The notes beneath the pieces were generated by a model. The model was given only the letters and a program-made list of their open reading frames with translations, made no database searches and was not told where the DNA came from. From an uncultured Alphaproteobacteria bacterium (GTDB taxonomy: Bacteria > Pseudomonadota > Alphaproteobacteria > Rhizobiales > Xanthobacteraceae): a stretch of DNA of 64,000 bases. The position numbers and the translations under genes are program-made. This document shows positions 34,241 through 45,378 of this stretch, in pieces; position 1 is the stretch's first letter; each line of letters begins with the position of its first letter. The stretch is from contig CAVULS010000004.1 of NCBI GenBank assembly GCA_963742385.1, forward strand, positions 89,747 to 153,746, given 5' to 3'.

Positions 34241-34317
34241 ATGACCGAACGGTTCGGTCATGGAGGTAAGTACGCTTGCCCTTGATCACTGTCAAGACTG
34301 ACCGAACCGTTCGGTCA
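34241..34317. promoter_or_regulatory. Two palindromic TetR operators
   Basis: ATGACCGAAC-G-GTTCGGTCAT (34241-34261) and TGACCGAAC-C-GTTCGGTCA (34299-34317) between emrA and tetR. Confidence 0.85.
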
Positions 34318-34398
34318 TTGATTTTTTGCTGTGGATAGGCCATATAGACGAAAGACCTAGGGGCGAATGGCCGCTAGGGACTGAAAATACGAGGGGAA

Positions 34399-35043
34399 AT
34401 GGCGATGACCGATACCCTGGTCGCTGACCGCCCGGTCAACGAAGCTGACGATAACGCCAAGCGCCGTCAGATCGTGGACGGCGCCCGCGAAATCTTCCTG
34501 GCGCGCGGGTTCGACGCCGCCAGCATGGCCGATATTGCCAAGGCGGCCGGCGTTTCCAAGGGCACCCTCTACGTCTATTTCAAGAACAAGGAAGAGCTGT
34601 TTTCCGCCATCGTACAGGCCGAGTGCTGCACCCACGCCGAAAGCGTCTTCGGCTTGGACATCAACGATCACGATGTTGAGGCCGCCCTCACCCGCATCGG
34701 CGTCGAATTCGTCAACTTCCTCTGCCGGCCGGAAAAGGCCTCTTCAATTCGCATTGTGGCCGCCATCGCGGCCAGCATGCCGGAAATCGGCAAGGTCTTT
34801 TACGAGACCGGCCCAGGCAATGGCATCACGCGGGTAAAGGCCTACCTTGAGTCGCAAGTCGCCGCCGGCATCCTGGAAATCGACGATTGCGAGATTGCGG
34901 CGGCACAGTTCCTCGATGCCTGCCAGTCCACCTTGTTCAAGCCGGTGCTGTTTAATTTCGCGCCGCCGCCGAGCGCCGAACGCGTCCGGCACGTGGTCGA
35001 TATCGCGGTGCGCACTTTTCTCGCTGCCTATCTTAAACGGTAA
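34399..35043 (+). CDS. TetR/AcrR regulator (EmrR-like)
   Basis: GFDAASMADIAKAAGVSKGTLYVYFKNKEELF; divergent from emrAB. Confidence 0.92.
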   Translation: MAMTDTLVADRPVNEADDNAKRRQIVDGAREIFLARGFDAASMADIAKAAGVSKGTLYVYFKNKEELFSAIVQAECCTHAESVFGLDINDHDVEAALTRIGVEFVNFLCRPEKASSIRIVAAIAASMPEIGKVFYETGPGNGITRVKAYLESQVAAGILEIDDCEIAAAQFLDACQSTLFKPVLFNFAPPPSAERVRHVVDIAVRTFLAAYLKR

Positions 35044-35126
35044 ATTTGTGGGGTTATCGCAGGCCGCCGTTAAACATGCGGCCTGATCGGGCTTGCTATC
35101 GCGCAGCGGAGCGCCACCTTTTGCAT

Positions 35127-35486
35127 ATGCACAGAGCGATTCTATCGGTCCTGCTGATTGCGCTTGCCGCGCCGGCGCTGGCTGCAACCTATCCGGTGTC
35201 GGGAAATTGGGGCGTGGGCGCACCGCCGTCCAAAGGTCCGGTCGATTGCGGCAATTTGCGCGTGATCGGCTTCAACGGCAACCAGCGCACCGACAGCAAA
35301 GGCGGCGTGCCAACCTATCGCAATGTGTCGGTGACGCATTCGGGCTCCGGCTATCGCATCGTCGATGAGTTCGCCACCGGGCAGATTTCCAACGCGCGCG
35401 CGAACTTTACGCTGCGCCAGATCGATGCCGACCATCTTGAAATGGCGCAAAGTGGCGGAACGCTGAAGCTTCAGCGCTGCAAGTAA
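35127..35486 (+). CDS. Small secreted hypothetical protein
   Basis: Signal peptide ending ALA; two Cys (VDCG, QRCK) suggest a disulfide. Confidence 0.65.
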   Translation: MHRAILSVLLIALAAPALAATYPVSGNWGVGAPPSKGPVDCGNLRVIGFNGNQRTDSKGGVPTYRNVSVTHSGSGYRIVDEFATGQISNARANFTLRQIDADHLEMAQSGGTLKLQRCK

Positions 35487-35496
35487 CCCAAATTTT

Positions 35497-36078
35497 TCAG
35501 TCGCGCGCGATGATCTCGCGCTCGCCGCGGTGAACGAGCGCCGGGCGGGTGCAACCGCGAAGTTTGCGGCGCATCAGGATCGACGGACGACGCTTGCACA
35601 GCACGTTGCTGCGGCGCCGGCGCGGACGCGGTCGATCGACCTGGACGCCGCCGATGCGGGCGAAGGGCTCGCGGAAAACGCCGTTGTCCTCGACCAGCAG
35701 CGGCAGGCCGAGCACATTGGCCCAGACGCGCCACTCGGCCATGGCGTCGTCAGTCTCATCGGAAACATACAATGGCAGCGCGAGCGTCGGATCCCTGTGC
35801 TCGAGGGTGACGCTGGCGCCACCCGACGTTCTGCCCGCGCCCGACGTCAATTTCAGGGAAATCCCGGCAAAGGCGGAAACCGGCAGGTTGAGCGCCATGT
35901 GCATGCCGCGCAGAGAGCGCCGCACCACCACGCGCTTGCGATGCAATTCCACCTGCCGCACCTGCTCGTCGGCCGCGGCATCGCTCGCCGCAAAGCGCAC
36001 AGGCAGGGCGAACGGGTCGAGCCGCAACGCGCGGCTCGACCCGGCGGGACTTCCGCCACTTCGCATCTGACGCCTCAA
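35497..36078 (-). CDS. DUF6101-like protein
   Basis: PAGSSRALRLDP.ALPV, LEHRDPTL, RRPSILMRRK, VHRGEREIIAR; TTG start inferred from GGGAGAG SD. Confidence 0.75.
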   Translation of the reverse strand: MRRQMRSGGSPAGSSRALRLDPFALPVRFAASDAAADEQVRQVELHRKRVVVRRSLRGMHMALNLPVSAFAGISLKLTSGAGRTSGGASVTLEHRDPTLALPLYVSDETDDAMAEWRVWANVLGLPLLVEDNGVFREPFARIGGVQVDRPRPRRRRSNVLCKRRPSILMRRKLRGCTRPALVHRGEREIIARD

Positions 36079-36275
36079 ACTCTCCCAGCGCCGGGCTTTT
36101 GCGCCCGGTCGCGCGGAGAACATGGCCTGCAAGGCGTCCGAATTCGCTTAAGGTTCGGGGTTAACCAGGTCTTGCGGGGCTCGCTTCGCAAGCCATGATT
36201 GACGAGGTATTGCCGCGCTGCTGCAAATTGTCGGCAGCGGCGGTTGAACCTGCGGGCAACAAGTGCCATCTCCCC

Positions 36276-36378
36276 GTCATTCCGGGGCAGACCGAAGGGC
36301 CTGGACCCGGAATCCAGATGCGTGTTCGGTAGTATCTAAATTCCGGATTCGCTCGCTGCGCGAGCGCCCGGGAATGAC
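36276..36378 (+). repeat. Palindromic element, family III
   Basis: Terminal inverted repeat GTCATTCC/GGAATGAC, internal CCGGAAT..ATTCCGG and two side hairpins. Confidence 0.88.
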
Positions 36379-36405
36379 AAAAAGAATAGGAACCATCGGC
36401 CCTCC

Positions 36406-37770
36406 ATGCGTGCTCCCGCCTCCTCCCTGTTCGATCAGACCGCACTTGCCGAACGCGCCGAGCGCCTGGTGAAGGCCGCACGGGCCGCCGGCGCCGATGC
36501 CGCCGACGCGGCGGCGCTGCGCTCGATGTCGCTGTCGGTCGAGGTCCGCGACGGCGCGGTCGAGGAAAGCGAGCGCGCTGAAGGCGACGATCTCGGCCTG
36601 CGTGTGCTGGTCGGCCGCCGCCAGGCGGTGGTGTCGACCAATGATATGTCCGCCGACGGCACGGCAGCACTGGCCGAGCGCGCGGTGGCGATGGCGCGCG
36701 CGGCGCCGGACGACAAGTTTGCCGGCCTCGCCGACGCGAGCCTGCTGGCCCATGACTTTCCCGACCTCGATTTGATCGATCCCGAGTTGCCAACGGTGGC
36801 CGAGCTTGAGACGCAAGCGCGCGATGCCGAAGCGGCCGGGCTTGCCGTGAAGGGCGTCGCCAAATCCGGCGGCGCTTCGGCCTCGGCCGGCATCGGCGGC
36901 ATGGTGCTGGTGACGAGCACCGGCTTTAACGGCGCCTATCTCGCCTCGCGCCACGGCGTCGCGATGACCGCGATCGCCGGCGAGGGCACCGGCATGGAGC
37001 GCGACTACGATTACTCCTCGGCGCTGCACGCCTCCGATCTCGACAGCCCGGGAAAAATCGGCCGCAGCGCCGGCGAGCGCGCGGTCAAGCGCATCAATCC
37101 GCGCAAGGTGACGACGCGCAAGGTGCCGGTGGTGTTCGATCCGCGCGTTGCCGGCACCCTGGTCGGGCATCTCGCCAGCGCCGCCAACGGCGCTTCAGTC
37201 GCGCGCAAGACCAGTTTCCTGCGCGCGAAGATGGGCGAGAAACTCTTTGCCGACGGTATCCGCATCATCGACGATCCTTTGCGCAAGCGCGGCCTGCGCT
37301 CGCAGCCTTTCGACGGCGAGGGCGTCGGCGGCAAGAAACTGGCGCTTATCGATGACGGCGTGCTGCGCGCCTGGCTGCTCGATTGCGCCACCGCGCGCGA
37401 ACTCAATCTCGCGACCAATGGCCGCGCCCAGCGCAGCACCTCCTCGGTACCATCGCCGGGACCGAGCAACCTGCATATGGAGCCCGGCGCTTTGAGCCCC
37501 GACGAACTGATCGCCGATATCAAGGACGGCTTCTATGTCACCGACCTGATCGGCATGGGCGTCAACATGGTGACCGGCGACTACAGCCGCGGCGCGTCGG
37601 GCTTCTGGATCGAGAACGGCCAGCGCACATATCCGGTGAGCGAAGTCACCATCGCCGGGCATTTGCTCGACATCTTCCGCACGCTGACACCGGCGAACGA
37701 TCTCAAGTTCCGCTACGCGACCAATGCGCCGACGCTGCGGCTGGAGGGTCTCACCGTTGCCGGGCAGTGA
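36406..37770 (+). CDS. pmbA: PmbA/TldE metalloprotease subunit
   Basis: MERDY, FDGEG, GVNMVTGDYSRGASGFWIENG, EVTIAG. Confidence 0.92.
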   Translation: MRAPASSLFDQTALAERAERLVKAARAAGADAADAAALRSMSLSVEVRDGAVEESERAEGDDLGLRVLVGRRQAVVSTNDMSADGTAALAERAVAMARAAPDDKFAGLADASLLAHDFPDLDLIDPELPTVAELETQARDAEAAGLAVKGVAKSGGASASAGIGGMVLVTSTGFNGAYLASRHGVAMTAIAGEGTGMERDYDYSSALHASDLDSPGKIGRSAGERAVKRINPRKVTTRKVPVVFDPRVAGTLVGHLASAANGASVARKTSFLRAKMGEKLFADGIRIIDDPLRKRGLRSQPFDGEGVGGKKLALIDDGVLRAWLLDCATARELNLATNGRAQRSTSSVPSPGPSNLHMEPGALSPDELIADIKDGFYVTDLIGMGVNMVTGDYSRGASGFWIENGQRTYPVSEVTIAGHLLDIFRTLTPANDLKFRYATNAPTLRLEGLTVAGQ

Positions 37771-38554
37771 TCCGCTCGCCGGCCGCCTTGAAGGCATTAT
37801 GCGCGAGGCCGGCGAACTTGCCGTCACCACATCGCGCGGCGAGTACAAACGGTGGACCAAGGGCCACGATAACTCTCCGGTGTCGGACGCCGATATTGCG
37901 GTGAACGATTTCCTGCGCGAGCGACTTTCTGCGCTGGTTCCGGAGGCCGGGTGGCTTTCGGAAGAAACCGAGGATCATCCGCCCGGCCGCACGCAGCCGT
38001 CGGCATGGATCGTCGATCCGATCGACGGCACCCGCGCCTTTCTTATCGGCCGCGCCGACTGGACCGTATCGGTGGCGCTGGTCGAAAACGGCCGTCCGCG
38101 GCTTGCCGCGCTTTATGCGCCGGTGACCGACGAGATGTTCGTCGCCGGCAGCGGCAAGGGCACCACGCTGAACGGCGCGCCGGTTCGCGTCAGCGCTGGC
38201 GACACTTTGAAGAACGCGAGCCTCGCCGGGCCGAAGCGCTACCTCGACCGGCTTGCGGGGCTTTGGCCAGGCGTCGAGGCACGGCCCAAGATCCATTCGC
38301 TGGCATTGCGGCTTTCCCGCGTGGCGCAAGGGACGCTAGACGCAGCCTTCGCCTCACCCGGCAGTCACGATTGGGACCTCGCGGCGGCCGACCTCCTGCT
38401 GCACGAGGCCGGCGGCCTGTTGACCGATTTCAACGGCAAACCACTGCAATTTAACCGGCCCCATACCGTGCACGGCGCGCTGATTGCCGCCGGACCCGCC
38501 CGCCACGCCGCGCTGATCGACCTCGTGCGCACCCGCCAGAGCGAGTTTGCATAA
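37757..38554 (+). CDS. Inositol monophosphatase/CysQ-family phosphatase
   Basis: SPVSDAD, WLSEE, WIVDPIDGT, DWDLAAA. Confidence 0.9.
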   Translation: MPGSDPLAGRLEGIMREAGELAVTTSRGEYKRWTKGHDNSPVSDADIAVNDFLRERLSALVPEAGWLSEETEDHPPGRTQPSAWIVDPIDGTRAFLIGRADWTVSVALVENGRPRLAALYAPVTDEMFVAGSGKGTTLNGAPVRVSAGDTLKNASLAGPKRYLDRLAGLWPGVEARPKIHSLALRLSRVAQGTLDAAFASPGSHDWDLAAADLLLHEAGGLLTDFNGKPLQFNRPHTVHGALIAAGPARHAALIDLVRTRQSEFA

Positions 38555-38620
38555 ACTCGACTTCTGCCGCTAAATCCCGTCTCCATGTCCGCCGCCGGGG
38601 CTTTCGCGAAGGAATGAGCT

Positions 38621-38872
38621 ATGACCGAAAAAGGTCCCGCAAAACAATTGCTGCATCTGGTGCTGGGCGGCGAGCTGACCGAACTCGGCGGCAGCGAATT
38701 CAAGGATCTCGACAAGGTCGAAATCGTCGGCCTTTACCCGAACTATGCTGCCGCCTACGTCGCCTGGAAGGCGAAGGCGCAGCAAACCGTCGACAACGCG
38801 CATATGCGCTATTTCATCGTCCACCTGCACCGCCTGCTCGATCCCGAGAGCGCGCCACGGCCGGTGCACTGA
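38621..38872 (+). CDS. DUF4170-like protein
   Basis: QLLHLVLGGEL, AQQTVDNAHMRYFIVHLHRLLDP. Confidence 0.85.
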   Translation: MTEKGPAKQLLHLVLGGELTELGGSEFKDLDKVEIVGLYPNYAAAYVAWKAKAQQTVDNAHMRYFIVHLHRLLDPESAPRPVH

Positions 38873-38885
38873 GCGACCGGAGCCG

Positions 38886-39593
38886 ATGACATTTTTCAAG
38901 CGTCTTGCCGCTTCATCGGCTTTCCAGAACGCCGCCGGCGCCATCGCCGCATCCTATCTTCGCCTGGTGCGGATGACCACGCGGCCGATTCTCGAGCCGC
39001 CGACGGTCTACGACACGGTGCAGATACCGGCCATAATCGCCATGTGGCACGGCCAGCACCTGATGGCGCCGTTCATCAAGCGCGACGACGAACGGCACCG
39101 CACCAAGGTGCTGATCTCGCGGCATCGCGACGGCGAGATCAATGCGCGTGCCGCGATGCGGCTGGGCATCGGCACTATCCGCGGCTCCGGCGCACATAGC
39201 GGTGAGTTCCACCGCAAAGGCGGCGCCGTGGCGTTCAACGAAATGCTCGCGGCGCTGAAGGAGGGCTACAACGTCGCGCTCACCGCCGACGTGCCCAAGG
39301 TGTCACGTGTCGCCGGGCTCGGCGTCGTCAAGCTGGCGCAGCATTCAGGGCGACCGATCTATACTGTGGCGCTCGCGACGCAACACCGCATCGAGTTGAA
39401 CAACTGGGACCACACCGCCATCAACCTGCCTTTCGGCCGCTTCGCATTGGTAGCGAGCGAGCCTATCTACGTCGACCGCTCTGCCGACGACGCCGCACTC
39501 GAAAGTGCGCGCCAGAAAGTCGAAAGCGAGCTCAATCAGGCGACCGCGCGCGCCTACGCGATCGCCGACGGCGCCGGCGGAGCGGCGTCGTGA
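38886..39593 (+). CDS. DUF374 acyltransferase-family protein (LpxJ-like)
   Basis: IAMWHG, ISRHRDGE, IRGSG, WDH..INLPF; upstream of waaA. Confidence 0.85.
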   Translation: MTFFKRLAASSAFQNAAGAIAASYLRLVRMTTRPILEPPTVYDTVQIPAIIAMWHGQHLMAPFIKRDDERHRTKVLISRHRDGEINARAAMRLGIGTIRGSGAHSGEFHRKGGAVAFNEMLAALKEGYNVALTADVPKVSRVAGLGVVKLAQHSGRPIYTVALATQHRIELNNWDHTAINLPFGRFALVASEPIYVDRSADDAALESARQKVESELNQATARAYAIADGAGGAAS

Positions 39594-40894
39594 AGGAGCG
39601 AATGCCCGCCGCGCTGCGCGCCTATCGGCTGCTGTCGGCGGCGGCGACGCCATTGGCTCCGCTCTTGCTGGCGCAGCGGCTGCGCCGCGGCAAAGAATAC
39701 GGCGCCCGGCTCGGCGAACGCCGTGGCGAGAGCGGCATCCGTCGCCCGCCCGGCACGCTCATCTGGGTGCACGGGGCAAGCGTCGGAGAGATCCTCAGCG
39801 CGCTGCCGCTCATCGAACGCTTGCGGGCGCGTGACATGCGCGTGCTGGTGACCTCGGGCACAGTCACCTCCAGCGACCTCGCCGAACAACGGCTGCCGCC
39901 TGACGTCATTCATCAGTTCGTGCCGCTCGACGCGCCGCGCTTTGTGCGCCGCTTCATCAAGCATTGGCGGCCGAGCCTGGCGCTGTTCGTGGAACAGGAC
40001 CTGTGGCCAAACCTGATGATCGAGACCACGCGGCGGGGCGTGCCGCTGATCCTGGTCAACGGCCGGCTGTCGGAAGCTTCATTTCAGCGCTGGCGCCGGC
40101 TGCCGAACACCATCGCCAGCCTGCTCGCACGTTTCGACCTCTGTCTCGCGCGCACACCGGCGGATGGCGCGCGCTTTTCCGAGCTGGGCGCCCCGCGCGT
40201 CGTCACCAGCGGCAATCTCAAGCTCGATGTGCCAGCGCCGCCCGCCGAGGCGCGCGCGCTCGAAGCGCTGAAAAAAGCCATCGGCAACCGCCCGGTGGTG
40301 GCTGCAACCTCAACCCACGCCGGCGAAGAGACGGCGATGATCGAGGCGCACCGGCGCTTGCGCAAAAACTATCCTGGCCTGCTGACGCTGATCGCGCCGC
40401 GCCATCCCGACCGCGGCGTCGGCATCGCCCAAATCGCCGGCGCGGCGGAACTGAAGACCGCGGTGCGCTCGTTCGGCGAATTGCCCGACGCAGCGACCGA
40501 GATCTACGTCGCCGACACGCTGGGCGAACTCGGGCTGATCTACCGCCTGGCGCCGATCGTCTTCATCGGCGGCTCGCTGATCCCGCATGGCGGACAGAAC
40601 CCGATCGAGGCGGCCAAGCTCGGCGCCGTCATTCTGCACGGCCCGCATGTGGACAATTTCGCCGAAATCTATGCCGCGCTCGACGCTGCGCATGGCGCCG
40701 AACCGGTGGGTGATGCCGGCCGGCTCACCGCCGCGATCGGCAAGCTCCTGTCCTATCCGCAGGCGCGCGCGCACATCTCTGAAAATGCGCGGGCAACGGT
40801 CGAAGCGCAAAGCGGCGCGCTTGAGCGCACCTTGCAATCGCTTGAGCCTTACCTGACGCAGCTGCAGCTCGCCGAACGGGCGCGCCGTGCGTGA
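39590..40894 (+). CDS. waaA: Kdo transferase
   Basis: IWVHGASVGE, PLD, LWPN, APRHPDR, DTLGEL, GGQNPIEA. Confidence 0.95.
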   Translation: MKERMPAALRAYRLLSAAATPLAPLLLAQRLRRGKEYGARLGERRGESGIRRPPGTLIWVHGASVGEILSALPLIERLRARDMRVLVTSGTVTSSDLAEQRLPPDVIHQFVPLDAPRFVRRFIKHWRPSLALFVEQDLWPNLMIETTRRGVPLILVNGRLSEASFQRWRRLPNTIASLLARFDLCLARTPADGARFSELGAPRVVTSGNLKLDVPAPPAEARALEALKKAIGNRPVVAATSTHAGEETAMIEAHRRLRKNYPGLLTLIAPRHPDRGVGIAQIAGAAELKTAVRSFGELPDAATEIYVADTLGELGLIYRLAPIVFIGGSLIPHGGQNPIEAAKLGAVILHGPHVDNFAEIYAALDAAHGAEPVGDAGRLTAAIGKLLSYPQARAHISENARATVEAQSGALERTLQSLEPYLTQLQLAERARRA

Positions 40895-41886
40895 GCCGGC
40901 GTTCTGGTGGCGCAAGCCTGGGCTGGCCGCCGCCCTGCTGGCGCCCGTTGCTGCCGTCTATGGCGCCGTTGCCGCAAGCCGCATGACGCGGTCCGGCGCG
41001 CGCGGCGGCGTACCGGTGCTGTGCGTGGGAAATTTCACCCTCGGCGGCAGCGGCAAGACGCCGGCGGTGATGGCGATTGCGAAGATACTGCAAGGCCAGG
41101 GAAAGCAGGTCTTTTGTCTCAGCCGCGGCTACGGCGGCAGCATCGCCGGCCCAAAGCAGGTGGATGCCCATGCCGACCTCGCTCCGCAAGTCGGCGACGA
41201 AGCGCTGCTCCTGGCGCGCGTCGCGCCGACGATTGTCTCGCGCAACCGCGTCGACCGGCACGGACGCCGCGCGCGCGGCCGGCGCCCATATCGTGCTGAT
41301 GGATGACGGCTTGCAGAACGGCACCGTCGTCAAGGACCTCACCATCGCCGTCGTCGACGGCCGCCGCGGCATCGGCAACGGCAAAGTGTTTCCCGCCGGC
41401 CCTTTGCGCGCGCCGCTCGAGGCGCAATGGACGCGCAGCGATGCGCTGCTGGTGATCGGCGAGGCGAGTGGCGCTGCGAACGTGATCGCCGCCGCCAAGG
41501 CGCGCGGCAAGCCTGTGCTGCATGCAAGGCTCGTCCCCGATCCGGCAACGGTGACGGCGCTCACCGGCAAGCGGGTGTTGGCCTTTGCCGGTATCGGCGA
41601 TCCGGAAAAATTCTTCGCCACCGTCGCCGCCGCCGGCATCGCTGCCGCGCGGCGCGCAGCCTTCCCCGATCATCACCGCTTCACCGCCGAAGAGGCGGCT
41701 TCGCTGGTGATGCAGGCCGAGCACGATGGCCTTGAGCTGCTCACGACGGAAAAGGATCATGCACGCATGAGCGGCGACGCAGGATTGGCAGCGTTAGCCG
41801 AGCGTGCGCACGTGCTGCCGGTCACGCTCGCATTCGACAAGCCGGATGAACTGAAAGCGTTGCTGGCGAAAGCGATTGAGCGCTAG
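40887..41886 (+). CDS. lpxK: Tetraacyldisaccharide 4'-kinase (frameshift near 41255)
   Basis: GNFTLGGSGKTP, SRGYGG, GDE, MDDGLQN, PAGPLR, FAGIGDP, TTEKD. Confidence 0.93.
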
Positions 41887-42107
41887 CTGGCGCGCGGTTC
41901 GCGGCTGTGCTGCATGACCGCTTCCGGCGTGGCATAGGCCTCCTGCCGGTCGACGCTCCAGTATTTGAGCTCCTCAAGCGGGATCGGCACGCCGGTCACC
42001 GCACAGCGCACGAAGGCGCCGGGGCGAACCACGCGGAAGTCGCCGTCGAGATATTTCACTTCCGCCTCCCCGCTCATTGGCGGGGAGCGATCGTAGCGGT
42101 TGAGCAA
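41883..42107 (-). CDS. DUF2093-like small protein
   Basis: YLDGDFRVVRPG.FVRCAVTG..IPL.ELKYWSV.RQEAY; GGAGG SD before TTG at 42107. Confidence 0.8.
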   Translation of the reverse strand: MLNRYDRSPPMSGEAEVKYLDGDFRVVRPGAFVRCAVTGVPIPLEELKYWSVDRQEAYATPEAVMQHSREPRAS

Positions 42108-42202
42108 AAGCGGCCTCCATGCCGGCGCGGCGGTCGGCGGCAAACATAGTGCTTCGCCCGGCCAAACGAAACCCTAAACACCATGAATGCCCAGCTTATG
42201 GG

Positions 42203-43639
42203 CTATGCGCCGAACAGGTTCCCCTGCCCACCGGCGCCTCCGCGCGGACGTTGTTTTGGCTTTGCTGCCGCAGGCTGCGCCGCGAGCGCGCTATCGGCCG
42301 TGGCGCCGACGCGGCCGTCGGAAAACTCGATCTCCAGCGGCGCCCCGCCAGCAACGGCAGCGGCCGAGCGCAGCGGCTGGCCTTCGCCGTCGCGCACGAG
42401 AGCAAAGCCCCGCGCCAAGACACCACGATAGGAAAACGCCGCCAGCAATTGCCCGGCGCTGCGCAGCCTCTGCGAGCGGCGGTCCAGGGTGACACGGCCC
42501 GCGCGAGCGCGCCGCCCGTCGAGCGCAGTGACGATCTCCAGCCCGCGCGCCAGCCGCTGCCGCAGCAAACGCGGCGACAGCTGCGCGGACACGCGCGTCA
42601 ACTGCCGGTGATGGATCTGCGCATTGGCGATAAGCGCCCGCGGCAGCCGCGCGGCGCAGGCGTCGAGCCGCTGGCGTGGAGCGCTGAGCAAGTCATCGAG
42701 CGCCGGCAGCGCCCGCGATAGCAGTCGCAATTCCTTGCGCCGCTGCTCGACGCCGCGCTGCCAGCAGGCAAGCTTGCGGATGCCGAGATCGGCCAAAGTT
42801 GCGAGAAGCTCGCTGCGCACCGGCACCGCCCGTTCGGCCGCGGCGGTCGGCGTCGGCGCGCGCCAATCGGCGACGAAATCGATCAGCGTGAAATCGGTCT
42901 CGTGGCCAACCGCGGAGATGAGCGGGATCATGCTGTCGCTGGCGGCAAGCACGACGATCTCCTCGTTGAACGACCACAGGTCTTCAAGCGAGCCGCCGCC
43001 GCGCGCGACGATGATCAGGTCCGGGCGCGGCAGCTTCCCACGCTGCGGCAGCGCATTGAAGCCGGCAATGGCGTTTGCCACTTCGGCGGCGGAGGTTTCG
43101 CCCTGCACCCGCACCGGCCAGACCAGCACGCGGCGCGGGAAGCGGTCGGCAAGGCGATGCAGGATGTCGCGGATGACGGCGCCGGTCGGCGATGTGACGA
43201 CGCCGATCACTTCCGGAATGAACGGCAGAAGCTGCTTGCGCGCTTCGTCGAACAGGCCTTGCGCCGCGAGCCTCTTCTTGCGCTCCTCCAGGAGCTTCAT
43301 CAGCGCGCCGATGCCGGCGGGCTCCAGCGTTTCGATCACGATCTGGTATTTCGACGAGCCGGCGAAGGTGGTGAGGCGGCCGGTGGCAATGACGTCGAGC
43401 CCCTCCTCCGGTTTGACGCGCATGCGGCCGAAGACGCCCTTCCAGATCACGGCCTCCAGCACCGCCTTGTCGTCCTTGAGACGGAAATAGCAGTGGCCGG
43501 AGGGAGACGACCCTTTGAAGCCGGAGATTTCGCCGCGCACGCGCACGTAGCCATAGGCGTCCTCAACGGTGCGCTTGAGCGCCGCCGACAGCTCGGAGAC
43601 GGTCCATTCCACAACATTATTCAGGGCTGGCTCTGCCAT
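42203..43639 (-). CDS. xseA: Exodeoxyribonuclease VII large subunit
   Basis: [51 protein letters not shown]. Confidence 0.96.
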   Translation of the reverse strand: MAEPALNNVVEWTVSELSAALKRTVEDAYGYVRVRGEISGFKGSSPSGHCYFRLKDDKAVLEAVIWKGVFGRMRVKPEEGLDVIATGRLTTFAGSSKYQIVIETLEPAGIGALMKLLEERKKRLAAQGLFDEARKQLLPFIPEVIGVVTSPTGAVIRDILHRLADRFPRRVLVWPVRVQGETSAAEVANAIAGFNALPQRGKLPRPDLIIVARGGGSLEDLWSFNEEIVVLAASDSMIPLISAVGHETDFTLIDFVADWRAPTPTAAAERAVPVRSELLATLADLGIRKLACWQRGVEQRRKELRLLSRALPALDDLLSAPRQRLDACAARLPRALIANAQIHHRQLTRVSAQLSPRLLRQRLARGLEIVTALDGRRARAGRVTLDRRSQRLRSAGQLLAAFSYRGVLARGFALVRDGEGQPLRSAAAVAGGAPLEIEFSDGRVGATADSALAAQPAAAKPKQRPRGGAGGQGNLFGA

Positions 43640-43733
43640 TCGGGCGAATTCTTGAAGTGCGAAGCGGCATGCTACACAAAAGCTGCCGCGAGAGCCTGTT
43701 TGTATTTCCCAACTATGCCACGAATGCGGCGTG

Positions 43734-43848
43734 CTCCCTCTCCCCTGTGGGGAGAGGGCTGGGGTGAGGGGGTCGGTGACTCTCGATAGGCTATAAGCCC
43801 TCACCCGACGCGCTGCGCGCGTCGACCTTCCCCTATGGGAGAGGCGAA
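43734..43848 (-). repeat. Palindromic element, family IV (reverse orientation)
   Basis: Plus strand CCCTCTCCCCTGTGGGGAGAGGG..GGGGTGAGGG...CCCTCACCCGACGCGCTGCGCGCGTCG; in the xseA/purD divergent gap. Confidence 0.85.
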
Positions 43849-43866
43849 GTGGAGTTTGCGGCACGC

Positions 43867-45138
43867 ATGAACATCCTCATCCTCGGTTCCGGCGGGCGCG
43901 AGCATGCGCTGGCCTGGAAGATGGCGGCGAGCCCGCTCACCGACAAGCTCTATTGCGCGCCGGGCAATGCCGGCATTGCGCAGGAGGCGGAATGCGTCGC
44001 GCTCGATCTTGCCGACCACAAGGCGGTGATCGCCTTTGCCAAGGAAAAAGCCATCGACCTCGTGGTGGTCGGGCCGGAGGCGCCGCTCTGCGCCGGCATC
44101 GTCGACGATCTGGAAGCCGCCGGCATCAAAGCCTTTGGCCCCAGCAAATGGGCGGCGCGGCTGGAAGGCTCCAAGGGCTTCACCAAGGACCTGTGCAAGG
44201 CCAACGGAATTCCGACCGCGGCCTATGAGCGCTTCAAGGGCGCTGCGGCGGCAAAAGAGTACGTGCGCAAAAAAGGCGCGCCGATCGTGGTCAAGGCCGA
44301 CGGCCTTGCCGCCGGCAAGGGCGTGGTTGTGGCGGAGACCGCGCAAGAGGCCGAAGCCGCAATCGACATGATGTTCGGCGGTGGGCTGGGCGCGCCGGCG
44401 TGGGAAATCGTGATCGAGGATTGCCTCGTCGGCGAGGAGGCGTCGTTCTTTGCGCTATGCGACGGCGAGACCGCGATCCCCTTGGCGTCGGCGCAGGATC
44501 ACAAGCGTGCATTCGATGGCGACAAGGGACCGAACACCGGCGGCATGGGCGCCTATTCGCCGGCGCCGATCATGACCGCGGACCTAAACAAGCAGGTCAT
44601 GGATGAAATCATCATGCCGACCGTGCGCGCGCTGAAAGCGATGGGCGCGCCCTACAAGGGCGTGTTGTTCGCCGGGCTGATGATCACCAAGAGCGGCCCG
44701 CAGCTCATCGAATACAATGTCCGCTTCGGCGATCCGGAATGCCAGGTGCTGATGCTGCGCATGATGTCCGACCTTGTGCCTGCGCTGCTGGCGGCGCGCG
44801 ACGGGCAATTGAAAAATTTCGATTTGCGCTGGCACGTCGATACTGCGCTTACCGTGGTGATGGCGGCGAAAGGTTATCCGGGCAGTTACACCAAAGGCAC
44901 CGTGATCGAGGGGCTCGACGACGCCGCGCAAGTCGAAGGCGCGCAAATCTTTCACGCCGGAACGAAATTGGAGAATGGAAAGATCATTGCCAATGGCGGC
45001 CGCGTGTTGAACGTCTGCGCGCTGGGCAAGAATGTGGCGGAAGCGCAGCAGCGCGCTTATTCCGCGGTCGACAAAATAAAATGGCCGGAAGGATTCTGCC
45101 GCCGCGACATCGGCTGGCGCGCGATGGTACGCGAGTAG
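43867..45138 (+). CDS. purD: Phosphoribosylamine--glycine ligase
   Basis: [47 protein letters not shown]. Confidence 0.98.
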   Translation: MNILILGSGGREHALAWKMAASPLTDKLYCAPGNAGIAQEAECVALDLADHKAVIAFAKEKAIDLVVVGPEAPLCAGIVDDLEAAGIKAFGPSKWAARLEGSKGFTKDLCKANGIPTAAYERFKGAAAAKEYVRKKGAPIVVKADGLAAGKGVVVAETAQEAEAAIDMMFGGGLGAPAWEIVIEDCLVGEEASFFALCDGETAIPLASAQDHKRAFDGDKGPNTGGMGAYSPAPIMTADLNKQVMDEIIMPTVRALKAMGAPYKGVLFAGLMITKSGPQLIEYNVRFGDPECQVLMLRMMSDLVPALLAARDGQLKNFDLRWHVDTALTVVMAAKGYPGSYTKGTVIEGLDDAAQVEGAQIFHAGTKLENGKIIANGGRVLNVCALGKNVAEAQQRAYSAVDKIKWPEGFCRRDIGWRAMVRE

Positions 45139-45378
45139 AAATTAATTTTTCGCAATGATCGCAAGAGATTTCACATCTGCGTTATCGCAGGCGACAAATT
45201 TCTTGCGTCTTTAGTCGCAGACGCGTGCGCACTCTAAGCAATGCGCGCGTTTTTGACGCAACAAAATAAACATCCGATAAATTCGATTTTATTCCAGATG
45301 GCTCCCATGCGCGTACATCGCTATCGGCGCGCGCGGAAATTCCTATTTTGCGCGCGGGGCTATTACAGGAGACTTGAA

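Noticed and set aside
36148-36175. CtrA site upstream of the DUF6101-like gene
   Set aside because: The two TTAA are 9 nt apart rather than 7; only half-sites can be supported
45140-45370. AT-rich gap after purD as a riboswitch or sRNA
   Set aside because: No recognisable riboswitch motif or stable terminator; best read as the promoter region of the small protein gene
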